The notes under the pieces: model-generated
What the model was told of the DNA's origin: nothing
Database searches by the model: none
The model's input: only the letters and a program-made list of their open reading frames with translations
Position numbers and translations under genes: made by a program
In this document: positions 10,048-19,309 of the stretch, piece by piece
Numbering within the stretch: the first letter of the stretch is position 1
How the letters are laid out: each line of letters begins with the position of its first letter
Source of the DNA: Candidatus Methanomethylophilaceae archaeon
GTDB lineage: Archaea; Thermoplasmatota; Thermoplasmata; Methanomassiliicoccales; Methanomethylophilaceae
Reading direction: 5' to 3'
DNA: 64,000 bases
Assembly (NCBI GenBank): GCA_944320495.1
Contig: CALUHR010000005.1
Span: 32,001 to 96,000 of the forward strand

Positions 10048-10866
10048 GTGAACAGATTCCTCCAGCTCTTCAGGACCGGGAACGCGGTGATGGGGATCGT
10101 CGGCGTCGTGGTCGCATCGTTCATGGCGGCCGGACTGGACATAGTCGACGGATGGGTGAATCTGATCATATCGACCGTCGTCGTGTTCATGTTCATCTGC
10201 GGCGGCAACGCGCTGAACGACTACATCGACCACGACATAGACAGGACCGCCCATCCCGAGCGTCCGATCCCCTCGGGCAGGATGGAGAGGAGGACCGCGC
10301 TGCACGCGGCCATAGTCATGCTCGGAGGAGCAGTGGTGGTATCGTTCCTGACCTTCGACCTCGAATGCATCGCCATAGTCGTTATCGCCGCGGTCCTGAT
10401 GGTCGCCTACGAGGTCGCCCTGAAGCAGAGGGGATTCGTCGGCAACGTGACCATCGCCGTGCTCACTGGCATGATGTTCCTGCTCGGAGGGGCCGTGGTC
10501 GGCGATGCGCAGGACAACGTCGTCGTCGCGCTGATGGCCCTGCTCGTATCGGTCGGCAGGGAGATCTCCAAGGACATCGAGGACATGGACTCCGACGAGG
10601 GCAGGCTCACGCTGCCGATGAGGATCGGCACCCGCAACGCCGCGGCACTGGCCTGCGTGTTCTTCGTGGCCGGCCCGGTCCTGAGCGTGCTCCCGATGGT
10701 CTGGCACAGCTACGGCCCCCTGTACTACACCGTGGTCGTCGCCGATGCGATATTCCTGTACTGCGCAGCCGTGGTCTTCAACGACCCCCACAGGGCGCAG
10801 AAGTCCGCGAAGATCGCCATGGTCGTGGCGCTCGTCTCGTTCATCCTCGGCGTGTTCAGGTTCTGA
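10048..10866 (+). CDS. UbiA-family prenyltransferase, probable digeranylgeranylglyceryl phosphate synthase
   Basis: GGNALNDYIDHDIDRTAHPERPIPSG and REISKDIEDMDSD motifs. Confidence 0.85.
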   Translation: MNRFLQLFRTGNAVMGIVGVVVASFMAAGLDIVDGWVNLIISTVVVFMFICGGNALNDYIDHDIDRTAHPERPIPSGRMERRTALHAAIVMLGGAVVVSFLTFDLECIAIVVIAAVLMVAYEVALKQRGFVGNVTIAVLTGMMFLLGGAVVGDAQDNVVVALMALLVSVGREISKDIEDMDSDEGRLTLPMRIGTRNAAALACVFFVAGPVLSVLPMVWHSYGPLYYTVVVADAIFLYCAAVVFNDPHRAQKSAKIAMVVALVSFILGVFRF

Positions 10867-10911
10867 ACCCGGTTGGGAGATGTCTCTGTACCCTTGGGTA
10901 CCGCATCGTAC

Positions 10912-10961
10912 ATAGTTTCCGAAATTCAATTGATGAAAATCAATTAATAAACGGAAACTAT
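10912..10961. promoter_or_regulatory. Nested palindromic operator upstream of the MFS-MarR-MFS operon (candidate MarR site)
   Basis: Outer arms ATAGTTTCCG/CGGAAACTAT and inner arms AATTGAT-GAAA-ATCAATT share the same centre (10936/10937). Confidence 0.65.
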
Positions 10962-10971
10962 CGCGCCGGAC

Positions 10972-12375
10972 ATGGCAGAGGACGCCAACTTCGGATACAA
11001 GGGCCACATGCTGCTCCTGGCAACCATCGCGCTGGGGATGTTCCTGGACGGACTGGACGGGACCATCGTCAACGTCGCGCTGCCGGACATATCGGAATCG
11101 TTCGGCATCGATTCCAGCGTGTCGTCCTGGATAGTCACCATCTACTTCCTGGTCCTGGCCGGACTGGTCCTGATATTCGGGAAGCTGTGCGACAGCGGTG
11201 CGATCAAGAAAATCGTCATCGCGGGATTCGTCGTGTTCAGCCTGGCGTCCCTCGCATGCGGGCTGTCCGACAGCATCACGCTGCTGCTGGCGTTCAGGGC
11301 GGTGCAGGGTGTCGGAGCATCGATGCTCGCCGCGTCGTCCATCATGCTGAGCGTGAAGTTCCTGCCGTCCAACATGACCAGCTTCGGGCTCGGCGTGGGA
11401 CTGCTCGGATCCTCCGTCGGAGCGGCCATCGGACCCGCCCTCGGAGGCGTCCTCGCAGAGACGATCTCCTGGCACTGGATATTCTTCATCAACGTCCCGA
11501 TCGGCCTCGTCGCCGCGTTCATCGCCTTGAAGGCCCTGCCCAGGGACTCCGGGTTCGACAGGAGCGCCTTCGACTACAAGGGCTCCGTCCTGCTGTTCCT
11601 CTCCCTGATATTCGGGCTCTACGCGCTGGAGTCCATGCCCTCCCACGGCGTGACGACCATGACGGTCGCATCCCTCGCGCTGTTCGCGGTCCTGTTCTCG
11701 GCGTTCCTGCTCTACGAGCGCAGGCAGACCGTACAGGTCCTCAGGCTGAGGCTGTTCAGGAGCGGCAGGTTCGTAGCCGTGTCGGTATCGTTCCTGATCC
11801 TGAACGCCTGCTACATGGGATGCCTGTACCTGCTGCCGTACTTCATGAGGGTGGAGCTGGGATTCGACACGATCATGTGCGGCATCATGCTGCTCATCGC
11901 TGCCGTAATGACCCTGATCTTCTGCCTCAAGGTGGGCAGGATGGCGGACCTCAGGGGCAACAGGCCCTTCGTCATAGCCGGATGCTTCCTGATGGTCGTC
12001 GCCATGACGATATTCGCGATGATGAGCGCGGACGTGCCGCTGTGGGTCCTGGTCGTCGGCGTGGCCGTGCTCGGTACCGTTTGGGGGGTCGCCGGAGGAC
12101 CCGTCGGGAGCAGGCTCATCGAGAACGTGCCCTCCGACGAGAGGGGATCCGGATCCTCCGTGCTGTCGTTCTTCATCTACTTCGGGAGCGCGCTGGGCAC
12201 TGCTCTGTTCTCCGGTCTGTTCGGATTCGGCTCCGCGTCCGCGGGACAGCCGATAGCCGACCTCGACCCCGCCGTGTTCATGGACGGGTTCGCCTTCGCC
12301 ATGGCGTTCGGAGTAGCATTGGCGGTGATCGGGCTCATAACGGCGGTGGCCGTCAACGAGAGGCGGTCCGCATGA
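10972..12375 (+). CDS. MFS drug:H+ antiporter (DHA2, EmrB/QacA-like)
   Basis: 14-TM pattern, LDGLDGTIVNVALPDI, GKLCDSGAIKK. Confidence 0.9.
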   Translation: MAEDANFGYKGHMLLLATIALGMFLDGLDGTIVNVALPDISESFGIDSSVSSWIVTIYFLVLAGLVLIFGKLCDSGAIKKIVIAGFVVFSLASLACGLSDSITLLLAFRAVQGVGASMLAASSIMLSVKFLPSNMTSFGLGVGLLGSSVGAAIGPALGGVLAETISWHWIFFINVPIGLVAAFIALKALPRDSGFDRSAFDYKGSVLLFLSLIFGLYALESMPSHGVTTMTVASLALFAVLFSAFLLYERRQTVQVLRLRLFRSGRFVAVSVSFLILNACYMGCLYLLPYFMRVELGFDTIMCGIMLLIAAVMTLIFCLKVGRMADLRGNRPFVIAGCFLMVVAMTIFAMMSADVPLWVLVVGVAVLGTVWGVAGGPVGSRLIENVPSDERGSGSSVLSFFIYFGSALGTALFSGLFGFGSASAGQPIADLDPAVFMDGFAFAMAFGVALAVIGLITAVAVNERRSA

Positions 12376-12821
12376 ACGCCAGGGACGAGTTCAGGAACCT
12401 CATGCTCTCCATGAAGATGCTCGAGGGAGGGTTCACCGAGGGCGACGGCATCTCCGAGATGTCGTACAAGAGCTCGATCTACCTCGACCTCATCGCCCTC
12501 GGGGGCGAGATGAACGTCTCGTCCCTCGCCGGGATCATGAGGGTGTCCCCGTCGGCGGTGACCAGGAGGCTGAACATCCTCGAGGATCTGGGACTTGTGG
12601 TCCGCAGGAGGAGCGAGGGCGATTCCAGGTTCAAGACCGTGTCCCTCTCGGAGCGCGGGGAGGAGGTCCTGGGGGAGTGGAACGACGCCATAGACTCGCC
12701 CTGGGGCGACCTGCGCGACGAGTTCTCCGACGAGGAGATCGACCTCTTCTGCAGGATGCTCAGAAGAGCGTCCGAGAGATACGCCGGATACTGGGACTCC
12801 CGCTCCGGAGAGGAAGACCGA
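12372..12821 (+). CDS. MarR-family transcriptional regulator (149 aa, ends at CGA)
   Basis: ATGA overlap with the upstream MFS; HTH text SPSAVTRRLNILEDLGLVVRRRSEGDSRFKTVSLSERG. First in-frame CGA at 12819-12821 overlaps the next ATG (CGATG). Standard-code end would be 12839. Confidence 0.85.
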
Positions 12822-14227
12822 TGGCGGACGACGTGCTGACGGACAGGAGGAGCCAGATACTGCTCCTCTCGGTGGCCGCCGTCGCCCTCTTCCTCGACGG
12901 TCTGGACGGGACCATCGTCAACGTGGTCCTGCCGGACATGGCGGGGGACTTCGGCACCGACACCTCCGCGACCTCGTGGGTGGTGACCGCCTACTACGTG
13001 ATGATGGCCGGGCTGATCCTGATATTCGGGAAGGTCTGCGACGCGGGCGCCCTGAAGAGGGTGTTCACGGTCGGACTGGTGGTGTTCGCCGTCGGCTCGC
13101 TCGCCTGCGGGCTCTCCGCGACCCTGCCGGTCATGCTCGTGTCCAGGGTGGTCCAGGGGATCGGCGCCGCCATGCTGGCGTCCTCGGCGTTCATGGTCGG
13201 GATAAGGTACCTGCCGAAGTCCATGTCGGGATTCGTGCTCTCGGTGAGCGTCCTCGGCATAGCCGTCGGGTCCGCCGCAGGCCCGCTCCTGGGAGCGGTC
13301 CTTGCCGAGTTCAGCTCCTGGCACATGGTGTTCCTCATCAACGTGCCCATAGCCGCCGTCGCTGCGGTCGTCGCCGTGAGGGTCGTGCCTCCGGACGCCG
13401 GATTCTCCGGGAGGGGGTTCGACATCAGGGGCGCGGCGCTGCTGTTCGTCGCCCTGGTCTGCGGCCTCTATGTGCTGGAATCGTCGCCCTCCCACGGGTT
13501 AGACACGGTGTCCGCGGTCTGCACCGCGCTGTTCTTGGTCTGCATATCGCTCTTCGTGGTGACCGAGAGGAGAGCCGCCGACCCCGTGATCAAGCTCCGT
13601 CTCTTCAGGAGCCGCGGGCTGCTGTCCGCCATGTTCCTGCTCACGATCGTGAACATGTGCTACCTGGGCTGCCTCTACCTGCTCCCGTACTACATGTCCA
13701 CCGTCATGGGCCTGGACTCCCTGGGGACCGGGCTGTACCTCGCCATCCCCGCCGTCGCGACGCTCCTGCTGTGCGTCTGGGTGGGCAGGGCGGCGGACAG
13801 GATCGGCAACCGCCCGTTCACCATCGCCGCCTCGGCGCTCATGGTCGCATCCATGGTGGCCTACGTGTTCGCCGACGCCGACCATGTGATGCCGCTGATC
13901 GCCGGCCTCGTGCTCATGGGCGTCATGTGGGGGCTCGGCGGAGGGACGATCTCCAACAGGATGCTGGACAACATGCCGGACGAGGACAGGCCCGCGGGGG
14001 CGTCGATGTCCTCGTTCCTGATCTACCTCGGATGCGCCGCCGGGACCGCCATGTTCGCGGGGCTGTTCGGATTCGGGTCCGGATCCTCCGGGACGGCGAT
14101 CGGGGACTTTGACGCGGCGACCTTCCTGGACGGGTTCGCCCTGGCCTGCATCGCAGGGGCGGTGCTCTCCGCGATAGGTCTGATCCTGTCCGTATCGAGG
14201 GACGAGAGACGCGGCGAATGTGAATAA
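12821..14227 (+). CDS. MFS drug:H+ antiporter (DHA2), paralog of 10972-12375
   Basis: MADDVLTDRRSQ..., FLDGLDGTIVNVVLPDM; the only TAA-terminated gene found. Confidence 0.9.
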   Translation: MADDVLTDRRSQILLLSVAAVALFLDGLDGTIVNVVLPDMAGDFGTDTSATSWVVTAYYVMMAGLILIFGKVCDAGALKRVFTVGLVVFAVGSLACGLSATLPVMLVSRVVQGIGAAMLASSAFMVGIRYLPKSMSGFVLSVSVLGIAVGSAAGPLLGAVLAEFSSWHMVFLINVPIAAVAAVVAVRVVPPDAGFSGRGFDIRGAALLFVALVCGLYVLESSPSHGLDTVSAVCTALFLVCISLFVVTERRAADPVIKLRLFRSRGLLSAMFLLTIVNMCYLGCLYLLPYYMSTVMGLDSLGTGLYLAIPAVATLLLCVWVGRAADRIGNRPFTIAASALMVASMVAYVFADADHVMPLIAGLVLMGVMWGLGGGTISNRMLDNMPDEDRPAGASMSSFLIYLGCAAGTAMFAGLFGFGSGSSGTAIGDFDAATFLDGFALACIAGAVLSAIGLILSVSRDERRGECE

Positions 14228-14250
14228 GCGAAGGATGCCATCAGGGTCGC

Positions 14251-14664
14251 ATGAGGATGGAGAACGACCCCGGACTGAGGGGTATGTACCAGGCCCTGAG
14301 GAGATACGATGTCGGCGTGCTGAGGACGGTCTCGGCCAGGAAGGCCCTGAAGATCGCCGCCCTGGACGCGTCCCTGGCAGGATCCGAGCCGGACAGGAAC
14401 AAGAGGCTGCTGCGCACGTACCTGGACGAGGACCGCATCGCCTACGAGACGGTGGCGTACGTCCTGTCCCTGCCCGAGGAGGGGTTCGAGGAGGCGATAG
14501 CCGAGATCGGACCCGCCATGAGGCCGGAGTACACAGACATACCGCGCTCGGTAATGGACTCCTACAGGCGCGGGCTCACGGACCTCGAGCTCAGGATGGA
14601 GCAGAAGGCCGCCGAGTATGCCGACGACGTGATAGGCATCGTGAGCGGCCACTGCGAGTACCGA
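14251..14664 (+). CDS. Hypothetical protein (137 aa, ends at CGA)
   Basis: Coding-like codon usage up to GAG TAC CGA (14662-14664), 4 bp from the convergent stop at 14669. Standard-code ORF would run about 280 bp into cbiO. Confidence 0.65.
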
Positions 14665-14668
14665 CGGC

Positions 14669-15811
14669 TCACAGGACCTTCGTCTCGACGACGGTCCCGA
14701 AGTCCTCCAGCCTGCGGATCTTGGACGCCACGATGTCGACGCAGCCCTCGTCGCACAGCAGCACGACGTCGCGGCCCATCAGACACTGGGACATGCACGA
14801 TTCGAACCCGTCGAACACGTAGTCCACGGGGACGCCGCTGTCCGGCAGGAGACGGCGGCAGGTGGTCCCGTAGAGCCCCAGCCTTATCTCGGTCCCTCCG
14901 AGCCATGAGACGGCGGAGTCGACCATGGAGGGGGACATGGCGTCCCTGACGGGAAGTATGACAAACCTCCCCTTGGGGCCGGACGCCATCTTCGACACGA
15001 GCTGCGTCTCGGTCCTCGGGAAGGGCACCTCCGGCAGCCCGCGCATGTCGCACAGGCTCTTGTTGATCAGGAACATCGACGGCTGGATCAGCCCGGTGAG
15101 GTAGACCTGCACCGGGTCGGAGTAGAAGCCCTCGGACTCGCCCGAGTAGATCAGACGGCCCTTCCTGAGTACATGTATCTCGTCCGCCCACGCGTACGCG
15201 AGGTCGACGTCGTGTGTGGAGATCACCACGGTGGTGCCCGAGTGGTGCAGCTGCTCGGCGAGCTCCATGAGTTCCAGGGACATCTGCGGGTCCAGACCGG
15301 CGGTGGGCTCGTCCATAACTAGGACCTCCGGCTCCATGGCGATGGCGCCGGCTATCGAGAGCCTCTTCCTCTGACCGTAGGAGAGCTTCATGGTGTTCCT
15401 GTCCCTCATGCCGGACATGCCGACCAGGGCCAGGGCGCGCTCCACCCTCGCCTCGACCTCCCTCTCGTCCAGACCGAGGTTGCGGGGCCCGTAGGCGACG
15501 TCGTCTTCCACGGTCTGCCCGAAGATCTGGTCGTCGGGGTTCTGAAGGACCACGGCGACCCTGGACCTCAGCTCCCTGAGGCCTCTGCGCCTGTACCCGA
15601 CCGGCTGCCCGTCGAAGAGGACGCGGCCGGAGCTCGGCCTGAACAGGCCGTTGAAATGGTAGAACAGCGTGGACTTCCCGGCACCGTTGGCTCCGAGGAT
15701 GACAGTCCTGACGCCCCTGCCTATCCTGAGGGAAACGCCGTCAAGCGAGGGGCTGTCGTTGCCCGAGTATCTGAATGTCAGGTCCTGCGTCTCTATGATC
15801 GGATCGCCCAT
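14669..15811 (-). CDS. cbiO: ECF transporter ATPase (CbiO-like) with C-terminal extension
   Basis: GANGAGKST, QNPDDQIF, LSYGQRKRLSIAG, DEPTAGLDP; start coupled by TGATG. Confidence 0.85.
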   Translation of the reverse strand: MGDPIIETQDLTFRYSGNDSPSLDGVSLRIGRGVRTVILGANGAGKSTLFYHFNGLFRPSSGRVLFDGQPVGYRRRGLRELRSRVAVVLQNPDDQIFGQTVEDDVAYGPRNLGLDEREVEARVERALALVGMSGMRDRNTMKLSYGQRKRLSIAGAIAMEPEVLVMDEPTAGLDPQMSLELMELAEQLHHSGTTVVISTHDVDLAYAWADEIHVLRKGRLIYSGESEGFYSDPVQVYLTGLIQPSMFLINKSLCDMRGLPEVPFPRTETQLVSKMASGPKGRFVILPVRDAMSPSMVDSAVSWLGGTEIRLGLYGTTCRRLLPDSGVPVDYVFDGFESCMSQCLMGRDVVLLCDEGCVDIVASKIRRLEDFGTVVETKVL

Positions 15812-16929
15812 CAGACCACCTCCGGCGCCCTTCCGAATGCCGAGAGGCCTCTGATGCGCTCCCTGACGACATCCACGAGCTCGGGGTCGCAGTAGAGTAC
15901 GGCATCGCGGCCCTGCATCGCCCCGAGACAGCATCCCTCTATCGCGTCGAAGTAGACGTCCGCCCTGGACCCGGTCTCGTCGAAGAGCCTCCTGGTGCGG
16001 AACCCGTAGATGCCCACCAGCTCGCCGCCGTCATCGGGGACCGCACCGTCCTCTGGCACCGCCCTTACGGATATCCTCCCGAACCTCGCCTCCGGGGGCG
16101 ACATCTTCGCCAGCAGCTGGCTCTCCGTCCTCGGGTAGGGGGACTCGGACCTGCCGCGGATGCCCTCGACGGAGCGGTTCACGGAGAACGTGTGGGGGAC
16201 GGTCAGCCCGGCGAGCGACACGGCGTCGCGGTCGCCGAAGAAGGGCTCCGGCGGTCCGGAGTAGACCAGACGGCCCATCCTGAGGACATGTATCTCCTCG
16301 GCCCAGGAGTACGCCAGGTCGACGTCGTGGGTGGATATCACCACGGTGGTGCCCGCCAGGCACATCTGGTCGACCAGCTCCATGACCTCCTGGGACATCT
16401 GGGGATCGAGACCGGCCGTCGGCTCGTCGAGGATCAGAACCTTCGGCTCCATGGCCAGCGCCCCGGCGATGGCGACCCTCTTCTTCTGCCCGTAGGACAG
16501 CTGGGTTGTCGGGCGGTACCTGTACTCCTCCATGCCGACCTTGAACAGCGAGTCCCTGATCCTGCCCTCGACGATGTCCGGGTGCAGGTTCATGTTCATC
16601 GGGCCGAAGGCCACGTCCTCCTCCACGGTGGAGGAGAATATCTGCTCGTCGGGATTCTGGACGACGACCGCCACATCCTCCCTCAGCTGGTAGAGGTGCT
16701 CCCTCTCGTAGCTCATGGGGATGTCCCTGTAGAACATCTCCCCCTCGCTGGGACGGTAGACGCCGTTGAAATGGTAGAACAGTGTGGACTTCCCGGCCCC
16801 GTTGGCGCCGAGGATCACCGTGCGGACCCCCTCGCGTATCCCCACCGATACATGGTGGAGCGAATACGGGGAGTCCTCCCCCCTGCCGTACCTGTGGGAC
16901 ACGTCCCTGGCCTCGAGTATGTATTCCAT
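15811..16929 (-). CDS. cbiO: ECF transporter ATPase (CbiO-like) with C-terminal extension, paralog
   Basis: GANGAGKST, QNPDEQIF, LSYGQKKRVAIAG, DEPTAGLDP. Confidence 0.85.
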   Translation of the reverse strand: MEYILEARDVSHRYGRGEDSPYSLHHVSVGIREGVRTVILGANGAGKSTLFYHFNGVYRPSEGEMFYRDIPMSYEREHLYQLREDVAVVVQNPDEQIFSSTVEEDVAFGPMNMNLHPDIVEGRIRDSLFKVGMEEYRYRPTTQLSYGQKKRVAIAGALAMEPKVLILDEPTAGLDPQMSQEVMELVDQMCLAGTTVVISTHDVDLAYSWAEEIHVLRMGRLVYSGPPEPFFGDRDAVSLAGLTVPHTFSVNRSVEGIRGRSESPYPRTESQLLAKMSPPEARFGRISVRAVPEDGAVPDDGGELVGIYGFRTRRLFDETGSRADVYFDAIEGCCLGAMQGRDAVLYCDPELVDVVRERIRGLSAFGRAPEVV

Positions 16930-16933
16930 GATC

Positions 16934-17779
16934 TCACGCTCCGAACGCCAGTCCGGCGAAGTCCACGACGCCCTCGGTGTGGATCCCGAGGATGTAGAGC
17001 AGTGCGAACGCTATGACCGCCACCGAGATCCAGCCGATGCCGGCCCTCTGCGGACGGTTGTATATCGGGAAGTAGCCGCGATATCCCCTGCACTCCAGGG
17101 AGACCTGCGCCTTGTCGGCGAGGTTCATCGACGATGTGAAGATGCCCACGGCGATGGATGCGACCGTGCTGATGGACCTCCTGATCCCGGAGAATCCCAG
17201 CCTGCTGCCCGCCGCGCTCCACATGGTGTCCATCCTCTCCAGGAGGAGGAACGCGTAGCGGTAGATCAGCACGACGATCTCGCAGATCTCGTCGGGTATG
17301 CGGATCTGCCTCAGCGCCTGTGCGAGATGCGGGATGGGGGTGGACGTGGCGAAGGCCATCATCATCGTGATGCCGGCCACCGACCTCAGCAGTACGAGCC
17401 ACGCCTGGTTGAAGCTGTCCGCGGTCATGTAGAAGTCGAGCCACAGGAAGTCCGCGGACCAGATGCAGGGCTGCGAGTGGTCCCCGTTGATGGAGATGAT
17501 CCCGCAAGCCACTATGAGTATGAGGAGGGCCTCGGCGATGGCCACCCCGAGCATGAAGGGTATCCTCATGTTCGTGGAGTAGGCCATCAGGGCGAGGCCC
17601 AGGGCGAGGACCGCGAAGGCGGTGATCACCGAGTCGGTCATCACGTTGACGACCAGCACGGCGATGACGAGGATCAGCTTCCCCAGCGGCGCCCAGATCA
17701 GCATGCGCGAGCTGTACGCCAGCGCGTCCATCCTGATGTGCTCCGACGTCCCGGAGTCGCTGGTCCTCCCCCCGCCCAT
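16934..17779 (-). CDS. cbiQ: ECF transporter T component (CbiQ)
   Basis: MDALAYSS...APLGKL, LIYRYAFLL, ECRGY motif; operon context. The start may be at 17731. Confidence 0.85.
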   Translation of the reverse strand: MGGGRTSDSGTSEHIRMDALAYSSRMLIWAPLGKLILVIAVLVVNVMTDSVITAFAVLALGLALMAYSTNMRIPFMLGVAIAEALLILIVACGIISINGDHSQPCIWSADFLWLDFYMTADSFNQAWLVLLRSVAGITMMMAFATSTPIPHLAQALRQIRIPDEICEIVVLIYRYAFLLLERMDTMWSAAGSRLGFSGIRRSISTVASIAVGIFTSSMNLADKAQVSLECRGYRGYFPIYNRPQRAGIGWISVAVIAFALLYILGIHTEGVVDFAGLAFGA

Positions 17780-17785
17780 CCGAGA

Positions 17786-18829
17786 TCACCTGTAGTAGTA
17801 CCTCTCGGTGCTGCCGGCGGACTCGGAGGACGCTCCGGCGACGGGCTTGGGGCCGTCCCCGCCGGACTGCTGCCTCTCCTCCTTGTTCTTGGTGTACCTT
17901 CCGATGAAGAAGCCGATGATGATCGCTCCGATGGCGGCCTGCAGGGCGAAGAGCATGCTCTCGGTCTCGCCGGGCAGCTCGTAGTCGCCGAAGATGCCGG
18001 TGAACCACGGGACGTAGTCGTCGCCGATCACGCTGCCGGCGGCGTCGTCTGCTCCTCCGAACCCGAATCCGTTGACGGACCCGTACCAGAGGATGGCGAT
18101 GACGGCGGCCGCGATTATGACGAACCCGGCGATGTAGATGCTCCTGGACCTGCCGGAGCCGGTCTCCTCGACCTTCTGGGCGTTCTTGCTGGGGAACAGG
18201 ATGCCCCCGGCGGTCTCGAACACCTCGGGCTTGTTGTTGAGCAGGTAGTTGGCGAACATGTAGAACAGGATACCCTCCATGATGGACAGGGGGATCTGCG
18301 TGATGGCGAATGTGGTGAGGAACTCGGAGTACCCTCCCCAGTTGAGGCCCATCTGGACCGAGGTGCAGACATAGGTGCAGAGATCCGCGAAGACGGCGGC
18401 ACCGAGCATGCTGACGGCGATGCCCGCCCCGGCCCTCCTCATGACGTTCCAAACGAGGATCCCGCAGAGGGGTCCGAAGATACCCATGGAGAACACATTG
18501 GCTCCGAGGGTGGTGATTCCGCCGTGGGCGAGGAGGATCGCCTGGAAGATCAGGACGATGAGCGCCAGGAAAGAGGTGGCGCTGACCCCGTAGAGGACGG
18601 CGGAGAGCCCCGTACCCGTGGGGTGGGAGCTCGAACCCGTCATGGACGGGAGCTTCATCGACGAGAGCAGGAATATGAACGCCCCGGAAAGGGCGACGGT
18701 CATCTTCTGTTCGGGATGCTCGCGCATCAGCTTCACTACCGCCCTCGCTCCCAATACCACGAACGGGATGGCCAGTATGAACCAGACGGCGCACCATATA
18801 GGATCCAGATATCCTTCCATTATGTGCAT
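17786..18829 (-). CDS. cbiM: Cobalt ECF substrate component, CbiM-CbiN fusion
   Basis: N-terminal MHIMEGYL and GSSSHPTGTGL (CbiM); C-terminal FGGADD...YVPWF...ETESMLFALQAAIGA (CbiN). Confidence 0.9.
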   Translation of the reverse strand: MHIMEGYLDPIWCAVWFILAIPFVVLGARAVVKLMREHPEQKMTVALSGAFIFLLSSMKLPSMTGSSSHPTGTGLSAVLYGVSATSFLALIVLIFQAILLAHGGITTLGANVFSMGIFGPLCGILVWNVMRRAGAGIAVSMLGAAVFADLCTYVCTSVQMGLNWGGYSEFLTTFAITQIPLSIMEGILFYMFANYLLNNKPEVFETAGGILFPSKNAQKVEETGSGRSRSIYIAGFVIIAAAVIAILWYGSVNGFGFGGADDAAGSVIGDDYVPWFTGIFGDYELPGETESMLFALQAAIGAIIIGFFIGRYTKNKEERQQSGGDGPKPVAGASSESAGSTERYYYR

Positions 18830-18906
18830 GTTGGATCACCAGTGTGATTGGACCCCTCCCGGTCCCGGGACAGGTCGGACCGCGGTCATACCGCTACCAA
18901 TAGGAA

Positions 18907-18923
18907 TTGGATGATGTAACCAA
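18907..18923. promoter_or_regulatory. TTGGAT-N5-ATCCAA operator copy (cbiM upstream)
   Basis: TTGGATGATGTAACCAA. Confidence 0.7.
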
Positions 18924-18938
18924 CTCGTTCTATTTAGA

Positions 18939-18955
18939 TTGAACCATACATCCAA
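18939..18955. promoter_or_regulatory. TTGGAT-N5-ATCCAA operator copy (cbiM upstream, 32 bp from the first)
   Basis: TTGAACCATACATCCAA. Confidence 0.6.
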
Positions 18956-19309
18956 CTCGTTATCTGGTAGATATTGTCAATCCTACCAATCGGAGAAAGT
19001 ATCCCGCGAGCGGAGCCAGAATCCGGTTCGGATGCGTCGGAAACCCGTCGATCATGACGATTTCCGGCATCATCAGACCTACCCATACCCTACCGGAGTA
19101 TGGTTATATGGATGTTTTTTGATAGCGACCGCGGGCATCCGCCATCACCCCGCGGATCCCCCGCCAGGGTGCCGAGGACGTCTGGCTCCCGTCCCGAACG
19201 ATGTCTGAATATTCATATACGAATTTTTTAGTGGACAACTATTATCTATCAATAGTCGCAGTACACGCAGTTAACCCCGTTGACATCGGGGCGATAGAGG
19301 GGCTTCGAC

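Noticed and set aside
18830-19300. Cobalamin riboswitch upstream of cbiM
   Set aside because: I could not find the B12-box or the conserved core on the minus strand by eye; operator palindromes are present instead. An Infernal search would be decisive.
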